From Phallusia mammillata (Eukaryota), in assembly GCA_965637545.1 (NCBI GenBank), contig OZ281497.1, positions 22,320,001-22,384,000 on the forward strand: DNA of 64,000 nt, given 5' to 3'. Positions 21,638-34,476 of this stretch are shown piece by piece. The number at the start of each line of letters is the position of its first letter. Positions within the stretch are counted from its first letter, which is position 1. The notes beneath the pieces were generated by a model. The model searched no databases. It saw nothing but the letters and a program-made list of their open reading frames with translations, and was not told the origin of the DNA. Position numbers and translations under genes: made by a program.

Positions 21638-24600
21638 TGTCACGGTTTGCCTGCCTTGCATACACGTGAGAGTTCGGACACCTTACTTCTTAACTTGTTC
21701 TGTTGTATTTTATATCAAGCCACACAGTTACAACACGTGGTGTTTTTAACAACTCAATAATAGAATGAATGTCCCGTATGTAAACAGCATCACACCACAT
21801 ATCGGCACAATCAGCTATGTGACGTAACAACGGTATGACGTACAACGAAGGGAAAAAGGCAGAACATTACTGTAAGGCAGCACATTACATTACTGACACC
21901 GTTGAATATGTGACATCACCCCCCATTTTAGGACAAAATTTCAATTTTCGACAAACACAACAACACAATTCAACGACTTTGTCACATAAACGTTTAAACA
22001 TCAGGCAATCTACTCAAAAAGTCAGCACCAACATTGTCGCGACCTTTTATGCTTTCAAACACAATACGATAGTTTTGCAAAAACATGGCCCACCGCATCA
22101 CTCTGGAATTCAAAAATTTGGCGGAGTCAATATACACCAATGGTTGATGGTCGGTTTGTAACTTAAATTCAACACCATATAAGTACAATTCGAACTTGCG
22201 AATCGCCCACACAATAGCTAAACACTCGCGTTCAATAGTGGAATAATTTCGTTCCGGCGAGCTCAATTTGCGACTTGCATAACGAACAGGGAACAACTTG
22301 TCGCCGTGCTTCTGTAATAGAACGCACCCAATGCCGACATCTGAAGCATCCGTACGCAAGACAAACTCCTTGTGCATGTCAGGCAGACGCAGAATTGGAG
22401 CTTTCGACAAACTCACTTTGAGTGCTTTAAATGATTCTTCTTGAGCAGCACCCCAGTGGACGTTATTCTTTTCGCCCTTTTTCGTTAGCTCCGTCAATGG
22501 CGCTGCAATTGTGGCATAATTCTGAACGAAGTCGCGGTAATATCCGGTTAAGCCCAAGAAGGAACGCACCTCAGTCTTGTTGACTGGTCTGGGTGCTCTC
22601 TGTATCTTCAACATGTTATCGTCGCTCATTCCCAGCTCATTGAATTTAACGGAATGTCCCAAGAAACCGACCTCCGTCGAAGCGATCAAACACTTGGAAG
22701 GCTTTGCTGTTACCCCCGCATGACGAAACCTTTCCAGAACCGCTCGAAGTACGGACAAATGCTCATCCCACGTCTTTGTGTGCACTATGACGTCATCAAT
22801 ATAGCTTTCCACCTGTTCCAACCCATGGAGCAATTTCCGCATGGCTCTCACAAATGTTGCGGATGAATTCATCATCCCGAAAGGCATCTTTGCAAACTCG
22901 TAGGTGCCCCCATGTGTCACAAACGCAGTCTTATAGACATCAGATGCTGCAACCGGTACTTGCCAATATCCCTTAGCCAGATCAATAGTAGAGAAATACT
23001 TGTCTCCACTTAATTTCCCAAAAATCTCATCTGCAGTTGTCATCGGCTCGGGGTCAAATAATGTGATCTTGTTCAATTTTCTGTAATCAACACAGACCCG
23101 ATTCGTGCCGTCTTTCTTGCGAACCACAACCACCGGTGAGGCGTACGTCGATTGTGATGGTCGAATGATACCGAGCGAAAGCATATTCTCTAAATCACTG
23201 TTTAGCTCGTCACGCAACTTGTACGGTACTGGGTACGGCTTCGAACGTACAGGCTGGTTGCTTGTCAAATCTATCCTATGTTCCACCAAGTTTAAACTTC
23301 CTGGAACGTCACAAAACACTTCTTCGAACTCCTCAACCAATGACTTCACTTCTTCTCTCTGGTATTTCTCCAGTGATTCACCATATTTCACGTCCCTCAC
23401 AGTTTCATTGGCCGAAGTACAAACACACTCGATCAAACTGGATTCGTCTTCCAATCCCGAATCACCAACTTCGCCAACAGCACTCACGACCATGCCTTGG
23501 GCAAATTCCTTATTCCTGTCAAAATATTTTTTCAGCAGGTTAGCATGCAGCACCTTTTCTTTGTTTCCGATCTCAAGTTTGTAGTCGTTGACTCCACATT
23601 GCTTGAGAACCTTGAATGGACCCTTCCACTGCATCAGTAATTTGTTACTGTCATTCGGCAACAGAACAATCACCAAGTCACCAGGGGAAAAAGTACGTCG
23701 CTTCGCTTTTCTGTCGAAGTACTTCTTATACCGGTTCTGTGACTTTTCCAATTCTTCCTTTACTATCATAAAAGCTTGCTCCATCCTTTCACGAAGTTCA
23801 AAAACATATCTGTAGCTGGTCAACACATCTTCATCCGTATCTGGATTCGACCACATTTCGCGTAGAACGTGCATTGGTCCCCTAACAGTTCTCCCATACA
23901 ATAATTCAAATGGGGCGAAGCCGGTTGATTCCTGAGGCACCTCGCGATATGCAAACAGCACAGCATCAATATAACGGTTCCACTGCGTTGGTTTGTCGCT
24001 GCACAGTCGTTTTAACATTTTCTTTAGTGTCCCATTAAATTTCTCCGTAAGTCCATTACATTGTGGATGGTAAGGTGTCGTGCTCAAGTGCTTTATTTTC
24101 AGCAGGCGCTCTATTTCTTTCATGCAGTCAGACACAAACTGTGTCGAGATCACTTAAAATTTCCTCGGGCATACCGATTCGGCTGTAAATGCTGACCAAC
24201 GCTTCTGCAACAGCTTCAGTTGTAATCGATTTTAAGGGCACTGCCTCGGGGTATCTCGTAGCGTAGTCAACTAGCGTTAATATGTAGCTGTGACCAGATT
24301 CACTAGCAGGCTTTATCGGCCCAACCAGATCCACCGCAACCCGCTTAAAGGGGACGTCAATCACTGGCATGCTTTGTAGAGGCACTTTCGACACTGTACC
24401 TTTGCCCACTGTCCTTTGGCACACATCACAGGATCGGCAAAACCTTTTAACATCTTCTCTAAGTCCTGGCCAGAAAAAGTTGCTCATGATTTTGTCAGCA
24501 GTTTTGTTGACGCCTAAATGACCACCCATGATTGAGTCGTGAGCAATTTCCAACGTTTTCAATCGCAATTTAGTCGGCACGACCAGCTGTCGAATCCACT

Positions 24601-26566
24601 TTCCATTCCGCATTTTCGGGTGACTGACAAATCTATACAGTAACCCGTCTTCTTCGCAGAAGTATGACTTATAATCCCCCTTTTGACGAATCTTTTTCAT
24701 TTCCCAAATCTTCTTCAATGTAGTGTCGTCTCTTTGATGTTTTCTGAACTCTGCTTCATTCGAAGCTGGCCATTCTGTTTCTTTGGCAATTTTCAAAGGC
24801 TTTGCATCTCTGTTGAATCTTCCCTGGGCACGAGTAGTCACAGCCGACACCTCAACACTTAATTCCATAGGGTTGTCAGGACCACGCGCGCCATCCACGT
24901 TGCCGATCACCAAATCGTGGATCGCATTCTCAAGACATAGTGCTTCGACATATCCAGATAAGTAAGGCGTCTTCACTTTAATCTTCGCTATCGGGGCTTC
25001 GAGTACAGTACCATCTAAAAGCTTCACATAACCCACCTCTTCAGTAAGGTCTTCGTCGCTCACAAACTTCCGCTTGACAACAATTCCCGTGCAGCCAGTA
25101 TCACGTAGGGTGTCAACCACGAATGAGCCTACATATCCTTTTTTCACTGGCAACCTTTTTGCCTCTGGTGTCTGGTCGCACTTATTACTCAATGTGGAAC
25201 GTTGTCTTTTGATAGATGCCGCCGCTGCTGACTGCCCCGAACCTTGAGACTTGGGCAACGTCACTCTTGCCCTGCAATCTTTCGCTAGATGCCCTGTTCG
25301 GTTACAGATGAAACATCTACGAAAGTTATTTGGCGGCCCCTGCATGCGACATTCTTTTGCCTGGTGGCCTGTCTTTTTACACTTAAAACACACGCCTTCT
25401 CGATTTTCTTCCTTGGCAGGTTTCTTTCTTTCTTCTAAAGTCGCCAAAGTCGCTTCATGTGCATTTAAGAATTGATCAGCAATTGCAGAAAGACCAGTGA
25501 TGTCTTTGGGAGCATTTTCTTTTAAATGTACAGCCAGACTGCTTGGGCAAGACTTTATAAATTGTTCCTTGACGAACAGATCCCGCACTCCATTCCTGGA
25601 AGTGCCACACCCTGCCATATCAATCCACTTCCCCAAGTAATTCTTCAAGCGTACTATGAATTGCTCAGAGCTCTCTTCTGCTTGAGGACGCGCTTCGCGA
25701 AACTTTAGGCGATACCCTTCTTCTGTCAGGTCGTATCTATTAAGCAAAGCTTGCTTCAACATATTATAATCATTCGCTGACTCGTCAGACAATCGCGAAT
25801 ATACATCAAGGGCTCGACCAGTCAGCAACGCACTTAATGAAGTTGCCCAGTCGGCCTTATCCCATTTACTCACAGCAGCAAATCGCTCAAACCGAAGCAG
25901 GTAGCTGTCTATTTCATCCTTGCCGTCAACAAACGTCGGTAACTTATAACTTGACTTTGCTTGCACAACAGGGTTTGCCACACTCGCAGCAGAAATCTCT
26001 GCCAGATGAATCTCCATCTTCTTGAGCTCTAGCTGGTGCGCCCTTTCTGCCGCTTGAGATTCCAGATGTCTCGCTGTCTCATCTGCTTCGAGCTTTCTTT
26101 CCTCAGCTCTTCTAAGCCGCTCATCTCTTTCCAAACTCTGTTGTTCGTTTACGAATTCTTTCAGTTTTTCGCCTTCTAGGCCTAACTGCTGTCCAGCTGC
26201 AATTAATCGGTCAATGGAAGACATAGCCTGATATAAGCACTAACAAGTTCTGTTTGAAGTGAAAGATAATCCCGGACGAGCCCCCAGTTGTCACGGTTTG
26301 CCTGCCTTGCATACACGTGAGAGTTCGGACACCTTACTTCTTAACTTGTTCTGTTGTATTTTATATCAAGCCACACAGTTACAACACGTGGTGTTTTTAA
26401 CAACTCAATAATAGAATGAATGTCCCGTATGTAAACAGCATCACACCACATATCGGCACAATCAGCTATGTGACGTAACAACGGTAAGACGTACAACGAA
26501 GGGAAAAAGGCAGAACATTACTGTAAGGCAGCACATTACATTACTGACACCGTTGAATATGTGACA
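21638..26566 (-). mobile_element. Gmr1-type Ty3/Gypsy LTR retrotransposon, full length, with one frameshift
   Basis: 278-bp TG..CA LTRs at 21638-21915 and 26289-26566 (one mismatch seen); 5-bp TSD CTGAC / CTAAC; PBS at 26269-26286; polypurine tract next to 21916. ORFs 24128-26224 and 21994-24153 encode Gag with two CCHC knuckles, protease (LRDTGC), integrase (HHCC, DDE, GPF), then RT (YIDD) and RNase H (TDAS). Confidence 0.95.
26269..26286 (-). promoter_or_regulatory. Primer binding site complementary to tRNA-Pro
   Basis: Minus strand TGGGGGCTCGTCCGGGAT begins 2 nt after the 5' LTR and matches the eukaryotic tRNA-Pro 3' end (ATCCCGGACGAGCCCCCA). Confidence 0.9.
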
Positions 26567-29500
26567 CTAACATTGTCTCGTTTAGATGACCTGTTTTTTG
26601 TAACTCGACGATCTATATGTGTTTTGTAATTCAGGTTTCTAACCGAAGTAAACTCCTTGGCCCGAATCAACCACAAACATATTGTAAAAGTGTTTGGATA
26701 TGCCATTTGGAAAACGTGCAACGTGGCAATTATCATGGAGTACGTGAAGGGGAAAAATCTAAAATTCTATTTGCACCGAAATCCCAACCAGGAAATACCT
26801 TGGCCGATTCGGTTAAAAATTGCTTACCAACTTTCTTTAGCTTTGCAGTATTTGCACAATTATGAGCCAGACCGTGCACTTCGTCATGGAGATGTCAAAC
26901 CAGAAAACATAATAATTACCAAGGAATGTGTGCTTAAATTAACCGATTTTGGGGCGGCACAGATTATTAGAGCCACTGGTCTTGACACAAGCACATCCGA
27001 AGTTCCTACCACTGGCCAGTCAACAATATTATACGCACCCCCCGAAGTTGGAAACCTAAATGTGCTTGGCGACATGTACAGGTATTGGAAAATGTAAAGA
27101 GTTTTCATTATGTTATAATCTTATCATTTCAGCTTTGCCATCGTGGTTTATGAGATTATACCAGGATCACTCCATTTTCGGAGTGTGACGTTTCCCAATC
27201 ACTCTTGTTCTTATTAAAACAAACCGGGAAAAAACCCACGAAGGGACTTGATGATGTTGGGTCCACTTTGATGTCGACGTTGCGACCTATCTATAACGGT
27301 CTGAGGCACATCATGGAAAATTGCTGGGATCAAACTCCAGAAAACCGCTGGACTGCTCCACAGGGTGACTACTGCGTTGTAATGCTGAAAAAACAACTAA
27401 GTTTATTTAGTAATACAATGGATATGCTGTTTTACAGTTGTTGAATATTTGGAAACAAATTTTATAAGCCAGCTTATGAGCGAAGTCAACGGAGATCTAT
27501 TTGAGCATTTTACCGACACTAGTCTTGAAAGAAATGACGAAAAAGTTAAACTGTCGAGGTTTAACGTTTCGTTCCAAGATTGTCCCAGACCAAAAACCAA
27601 AGAAGGTATCCAAAATTTCTGAAAAAAAGCACACTTGAACCGGCTTAAATATTTGCTTCAATTTTACAATCTTACCTATTATGCTTTCAAATATTTTAAT
27701 TATTAGCACCAATAGCAGTATCTCTCTATTTGGCAATTATAAAAGTTCTTTAAAAAAAATTACTTTTAGTAACGCCAGTTAGGAACAAAATAATTTTTAA
27801 AACGTTTACAGCGGTGTTTTTGAAAGTATTTCGACTACAATAAACTTGCCTTTGTTTAATAGTGCCCCATCGGAATGACATGCGTCATATGCCATCATTC
27901 TATGGTAAGTAGATCTAAACATTACACTATTGTTTTGGTTTAAGAACAGTGTGTAAAATAGTTTAAAAAATGAATTCCAAAAAATAATTGTATTCCTCTC
28001 AAAACGATCACTGAACTTCCCAATGACTACAGAGTTTTTTTCCTGGTTTACATCGTTGGTCTTTCGCGGCTTGCAACAGGAATGAAACCAGGAAGAACGA
28101 TATATCAAACTTTAAGTGAAGAAAATTGGAGAGTTTTCATAGATGACAATCAAGGCACTTTCATCACTGGCTTCATAGACAAAATCAGTACCTATGATAT
28201 GGTAGCCACTACCGAAAATATCCTGGGCTCTTCAACACATTTTTCCGAGTAGCACTGTTTGTAGTATCACAAGTATGTAATTCTCTCCTATCGGTGATCT
28301 AATGGTGTGCCATGTTGCCTTTGCACTTCGAAATGACTCGCAATTTTTGTCACAGGTTTGTTCCAATCATTTGCCTAGGTGTAAACGAACAGGTGAAATG
28401 ACACATAAATATACTTCAAAATGCAGTAAACGCCCCAGAAAATTATTTTGGTCTTGAAAACGTTAGATTTGTACCCACTGCGCAAATCCAGCTGCGTTCT
28501 GCGTATTGGCTCATAAACAGTGCTTTATATTAATCAATCTATAGAGAATTAGCAAAGAACTAAAAATTCCAATATATTACAAAGTATATTGAGTAGTGTC
28601 GAGGTATAAAAATGTCCCTGGTTGCTGTGTTCAAGCACAAACTTAAAAGCTTGATGAAAATCGAAATGACCTGAGAGCAAAAAACAACAACAGCGAAACC
28701 CTTTTATTCCATCGTTTTAATAACCACTTATTATTTTAATAACCACTGCTTTTGTATAGTTTTTTTTTGCCCTCTCGTTTCCACACTTTTTCTCATCATT
28801 GTTCCATATCGTTATTGTTTGACGTATCGTTACTGTTTTACTGGCAAACTGAGCCGTTTTCTTCAGTTGCTATTGTAATGATGATGACAGATGTGGTCTG
28901 TCATATGTGTATATGTGTGCAAGTTTTTATCAACTTTTTTGTAGTATTCTTATGTAGCCTACTTGGTCTTTGCGTCATGAATTCAAAGACTTATTTTCGC
29001 TCATTTAACCATTCACAGAGTCAATTTGTTAATAGCTTGTTTTTACCGCTATAGCACGCTTAAATAAACAACTGCGAATTAAAAAAGCATTTTGATTTTT
29101 GCCTGTTAAATCCATTCCGCAGCAAACAGAACCGTATTTGTGGGAAAAACTATTCTGAGTAATCTATAGGTCGTGCAATTCAATATGCAAACGTCAGTAT
29201 ATAACGTCGAGAATTGTATCCTCTCAGGAATGCAAAATCACTGTTCCAGTTATTGTACAGATGAGTATGAAGTTTATTCTACAGTATTAACTTTCGCACC
29301 CTGTACGTATTGACAATAAACAAGCTTCCTGTATATTTCCGGTGATAGTTAATTTGGGTGATTTAGGGAATGTTTTAAGTAAGGTATTGCGTTTCGTGAC
29401 ATAAAGGCATTCTCTTGCATATAGTTATAGACGTCATGCATAAAGATTTCACAGAAATGTTAGTTTTTTCAAATGTGATTAACAATGTATAGTAGTAAAG

Positions 29501-30564
29501 TGGTTTCCATGTCATTTCTGTTTTATGTGAACTTAAAAACATCGGGTGCAAAGCCTTTAAATTAAAATTATTGATCAGATATATGTCCACTCCCAGCTAA
29601 ATAAAATCATTAAGCTGGCCTCGCCTTGGCACAAGGGTGAACAAGTTAGTCGAACGATCCTACTAACTTATTTATCCACATTTGATACGCAAAACACACG
29701 CGACCACCTTTTGTCTCATGATCAGTGAAGCGTATGGTAGGTCTATGTTGTAGTAGGCTGTAAAGTTACACCTGAAGTATTAATTTTTTTTCGAGATGGC
29801 GGTCTAAGCGACTGGCACGTCTTTTTTTGTCACAGATCGTTTTTTCTGTTTTCGTTAGGGTCGGCCGAAGTAGTTTTTAATCCGATATCATTACAAAAAG
29901 TACCGCTATCTGCCCGAGACCATGTGCTTTAGTGACTACATATGAAAATGTTTGCGTTAAAAAATTGGACCAACGTTAAAGAATGCAAGGTGTGTTGTTT
30001 AGAGCCAATTTTAGGTGTTGCTCTGCGGGTCTGCATTAACGATTCCAAAGTCGTGTTTAATCTTCATTTGCAAACCACTGCAACGGCATAAACGTGATCC
30101 AAAAACATCTCAGTTTCAGCGGCAATTACTTTACAAAGCAAAATGGGCTTTATTTGAAACGTGGATCACTTTTATTTTATAGCACGGCGTAACAATCAGT
30201 TAATTTCTCGTTATTAAAAATGCTGATAAAGCAAACAGCAAAGGTCCCAACCAGACAAGGAGTGTCAAATGACTTTTTAAAAAATCATGTGGCAGAAACT
30301 GCAGACAGAGGCACGTTTTACTTCTGTAAAAAATGCATCGATAGGCCTATTTGCCCCGATACCGTCAAAGTATCGGACGAGCACAGATACCGTCATGGTA
30401 TATCGATGAACAGTACAACCCTAGCCAACCCTAGTGTTGATCACACGTACATACATTAATTTAATTTCAGTTTAATTGTTATTTGGGCCACCGTGCGTTT
30501 ACCCATTGTAGGGTGCAGACAATTTAGGTACAGTATTTGCAGAAGTTCAGCACTTGGTCGCAGC

Positions 30565-30776
30565 CAATGTTTCTCTATCGTGTTGCAGCTCCCTAACTAT
30601 TAAGTAATTAAATATTTGTACCAAAACTGTTGGCAATTGTTGTGAGTTTATAACTTTGAATTGTTGCAATGTCTCAGTCCCATTATTTCATCGAATTGCC
30701 TTGTTGCCTATAATATAATGTACTTGACGATCAAACCAAATCAAAAGGCGACCTACCTTCCATTTGAGAAGCACTG
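30565..30776. mobile_element. Degraded hAT-type MITE
   Basis: Ends TTTGAGAAGCACTG followed by GTCTAAAT; the left terminus CAATGTTTCTC is degenerate and no matching TSD was seen. Confidence 0.4.
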
Positions 30777-31769
30777 GTCTAAATCAACATGGTAACGTGA
30801 CATAATATTAACTGCGTACGTTCAATGTCAAGCAAGCGTAACAGAGGAGCCGGCAAAAATAGACGTTCGTTTAATTTTCAGAAGGCATAAAATTAAGGAG
30901 TGTTTTCTGGCTTCCTCAATCAGCTACAATAGATTAATTGGATGTGTCCTTTTCCGTGTTATCGACAAGCGCAGATAGAATAAACTAATTATTCCACAGC
31001 GGAACAAACCTTTGAAAAGGTCAGGTCGTATAAAATTTGCTCAGTATTTTTAGACCTAAACAGACAGATGTAATAAGTGCAATAAGCTGTTATTAAGTAG
31101 TTTTCGAAATACCTTGGTCGTTTGTAATTTTCATATTTTATCACCAATTAGTGTTCTTCCACCAGTTGATACAATAGAGCTTGTTTACATGGCTGTCCCG
31201 TTGTTGCTTGTTATGACAGAAAACAGTGTTTTGATCGATTTTTAGACGGTAAGCAGATATAGTATATCAGATTTTTTTCCGCTACAAATATGTGGAATGG
31301 AAGACTCGAAACTAAACAAAAAAAGTAACACGGTAAAGTTAAACTGTTTTGCTTTTAAAATCTCCCTGCTTAAAACCAGCAGAAGTGACACCTACAAACA
31401 CTTTTGTTTTGCAATAAAACTCCTCTTATATCACTTTTTTCAGAACACAGACTTTTGTTAAACCCGATGATAAATGTGAGGAGTTTAATATCATTGCTTG
31501 GCTGCGCAGGTACGACTTGCTTTTTTGTTTTCTTTTACAATAACACATAGACATGGCATGGCTGTATTTTTTCATGTGGAAAAAATACGATTTTTTAAAA
31601 GATCGTTTAAATTTTGGACGGAACTTTTAGCCGGGTTATGTTTGGTCCGAATGTTGATTTGAAGGTTTAATAAAAACGGGTCTAATCTGGAATTTAATCT
31701 GCGTCAGGGAGAAATGTTAAAATGTACTCAAAAGTCAGAAATTTAAGAAAAAAATATAGATATACTATG

Positions 31770-32641
31770 TGTTTCGACCTATTATCTAAGAATTTATTCG
31801 ATTAGAGTGTGAGCTAATCGGGATTGTCAAGTGAGTATTGCTACGTATTAAAATAGGTCGCTCGTGAGTTCTATTTTACCGCTGTGATGAGTCTTATTTA
31901 TTCTCAGTTGCCTATCCTGAAGTAAAGTGCAACGCCACTGCATTTTATATGGTTAGAATTATATTTAGCAAAAGACCGGATCAGAAATTTAGCAAAGAGA
32001 CACGAAATTCAGCTAACTACTACGTAAACGAGAAATGCACAGTGGAGTTTTTACTCCAACTCTTACAGTTCATATATACTGAAAACGAGAGAGGAATGTT
32101 TGAAAAAGGAGAGAGAAAAGCATTTACTCGAGAGAAGAAGTTCTCAGTTACACTTGAGTTGGCACCGATAATTCGACTTTAGTTTGCAGTTCTTGCGAAT
32201 CATAAAACATTGCGTACAATCCAAATACTACGAAATCGCGTTTTGAAAGACGTTGATCTAAAATATAAAAGGGATGAGGGTTCCGAGTGTTTATGGCGTT
32301 TGTGGCTATTAGTGTGACCAAGTTCTTGTTGCTTATTTCAAATGTTCCTTTGACTTATATACCGTGTTATGTCATAAAATGACGTAACACCATTCCCCCG
32401 CTTTAAAGGAGACTCGCAGAGCCTATATAGCTGGCACAGTCTTGAGAGTGAACTTTTCCAACAGCCAAACCTCTAAACCTCGCAAAACGGTCGTTGTGTC
32501 TTTGGACGTGTTATCGATAACATATCCTTAGTCATCGATTCCATACAGGGACTCACTTGACAATCACGATTAGCTCACACTCTAATCGAATAAATTCTTA
32601 GGTAATAGGTCCCAACATTTCTGTCATAAAATGACGTAACA
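31770..32641 (-). mobile_element. Deleted and internally inverted LTR retroelement relic
   Basis: 620-bp TG..CA LTR (32389 to 31770) preceded on the minus strand by a purine tract; inverted copy of the LTR 3' end at 32553-32618; 20-bp LTR start at 32622-32641; 5-bp TSD CTATG on both sides. Confidence 0.75.
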
Positions 32642-33250
32642 CTATGAAATTAATGTACCAACGGAGAAAGTTTCTGGTAGTTAGCTACAACCGCGTCTAT
32701 ACCATGAAACGTAAAGAGGTAAACTGGCGGCGCGCAGGTTAACGCACAAGGTTACTGTTTCGTTTAGCAGTGTGTTTATGCGCGCGTAACAATACCTGTT
32801 TGTTTGTTGCTAGTTGTCTAACATTACGCGTTAAATACACAAACAAAAGTCCGCGTTTCAAGAAAACACAACATTCGATGCTACGTGGGAACGTGGGAAA
32901 TTTCGTTTGCTTTAACTGTATACCATAATATGCAAGGAACTAACTAACAACAAAAGTCTAATGTCGTGAGATATAAAAACGTTTTTTACAGTGGCATTTT
33001 ATTTCAAATCTAAGAAGGGCGGCTTGCAGTGTTTTTTTTTTCTGTGACAAGTTGAAATTGGTTCAAATAGTTTTTAGAGTGGCAAAGGTTGGTGACCCGG
33101 ATATATGTGATAGTGAGAGTAGTAAGCTTAGCCTAATAAACTTAACTAAACAGAAGCCTACGCAGAAAGTTAATTGACAAGGATCAAAAGATCGAATCCA
33201 ACGTTTTCTCGTGTCGCCGTCCGTGTGACTTCCGAATATTCTAAATTTAT

Positions 33251-33898
33251 TGGGTAACACAAAAAGCAGAAAAACAGAAAAGTGGGAAAAGCAGGAAATC
33301 AACACTAAAAGCAGAAAAAGGGGTAATTTGTGTTTTCTAAAAGATGGAAATAATAATTGCAGAAAAACAGAAGAGTGAAATTTCTTGTTTCATAAGATTT
33401 CAAAATACAAAAAAGTAGAAAAATGGGAAATGTTTCTTTATTTGTTTCTTATGCCATTCTAACTCGTTAAAACATTTGAAAACCAATCTAATAGCATTCT
33501 CCACATTTGCATCGAAATACAGAAAACAGAAAAATGGAAAATGCTTCTTTATTTGCTTTTTATGCCGTTCTAATTCGTTAAAAACATTAATAGAAATAAA
33601 GAAACATTTCCTGTTTTTCTGTTTTCGACACAATCAATGTAGAATGCTATTAGTTTTCCTTTCAATGGTTTTTACGAGCTGAAAAGGCATGAAAAACAAA
33701 TAAAGAAACATATCCCGTTTTTCTGCTTTTCATATTTCGAAATCTTATAAAACAAGAAATTTTACTTTTTTCCTGTTTTTCTGCAATCTTTTCCCTTTTT
33801 TAGAAAACACGATTTTCTGCTTTTTCTTTCTTTTCTGCTTTTAGTGTTGATTTCCTGCTTTTCCCGTTTTTCTGTTTTTCTTCTTTCAGTGTTACCCA
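33251..33898. repeat. ~650-bp imperfect palindrome (foldback-like element) with internal ~100-bp subrepeats
   Basis: Termini TGGGTAACAC / GTGTTACCCA; arms are reverse-complementary to the centre (~33585); flanks AATTTAT / AGTTTAT. Confidence 0.75.
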
Positions 33899-33943
33899 AG
33901 TTTATTCCGCAATAGAAGTAATTGGATCGCAAAAAGGCTAACC

Positions 33944-34346
33944 CAACGCTTCTCAAACTGGGGTCCGCGATCCTTTAGGGCTCCTTGAGGCAATTTTGCG
34001 GGGACCGCAAAAAGCTGGAAGTAGTTCTATGTTCTAATTTAGCGTCAGTTTGTGCAACTAAATAATAAGTTTAAATCAAAGTGAAATTGAGAATCGACCG
34101 TCTCCATTGCCAAACATTTCATGCCAACTAACAAAAATGCAATTGTGCGCGTGGTAATGTTTTTGTCTTGTCTGTATTGTTAGATTTGGATCATTATGCT
34201 ATGTAGAATTTTACATAACTAGCTAAAATCCTGCAATCAATCTTCCTTTGTCTGAAAAACACATTCAGGCTTAAGGACCACAAGCCCTCGAAATAATGGC
34301 AAAGAGACCGTTTAGACAAATTAACGAAAAAGTTTGAGAACCACTG
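33944..34346. mobile_element. hAT-type MITE, degraded
   Basis: Termini CAACGCTTCTCAAACT and AGTTTGAGAACCACTG. Confidence 0.55.
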
Positions 34347-34476
34347 GGTCAACGCAACTGAGATACATTCTGTCAGGGATTGTGTATCATAAAATATGAC
34401 AACCCTAGTTTAGTCCAAATGCTCATGGAAAACTTGTTTCAAAGTATTTCAAGAATATGTTGTATGATTGTTTTAG

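Larger units (their letters stand above)
20813..28280 (+). pseudogene. TKL kinase type C, copy C1. Exons 20813-20824, 21431-21627, 26635-27081, 27133-~27363, ~27439-27606 and a degraded last exon
   Basis: Motifs LGKGGYA, AAK, HGDVKPEN, DFG, YAPPE. A 1-bp deletion near 27159 (GAGATTATACC vs GAGATCATTACC) shifts the frame, the last-exon acceptor AG is lost, and a Gypsy element sits in intron 2. Confidence 0.8.

Noticed and set aside
30220-30459. Short ORF with FYFCKKCIDRPIC, resembling a piggyBac C-terminal Cys-rich domain
   Set aside because: The match is too short, and no DDD core, TIRs or TTAA ends could be found.
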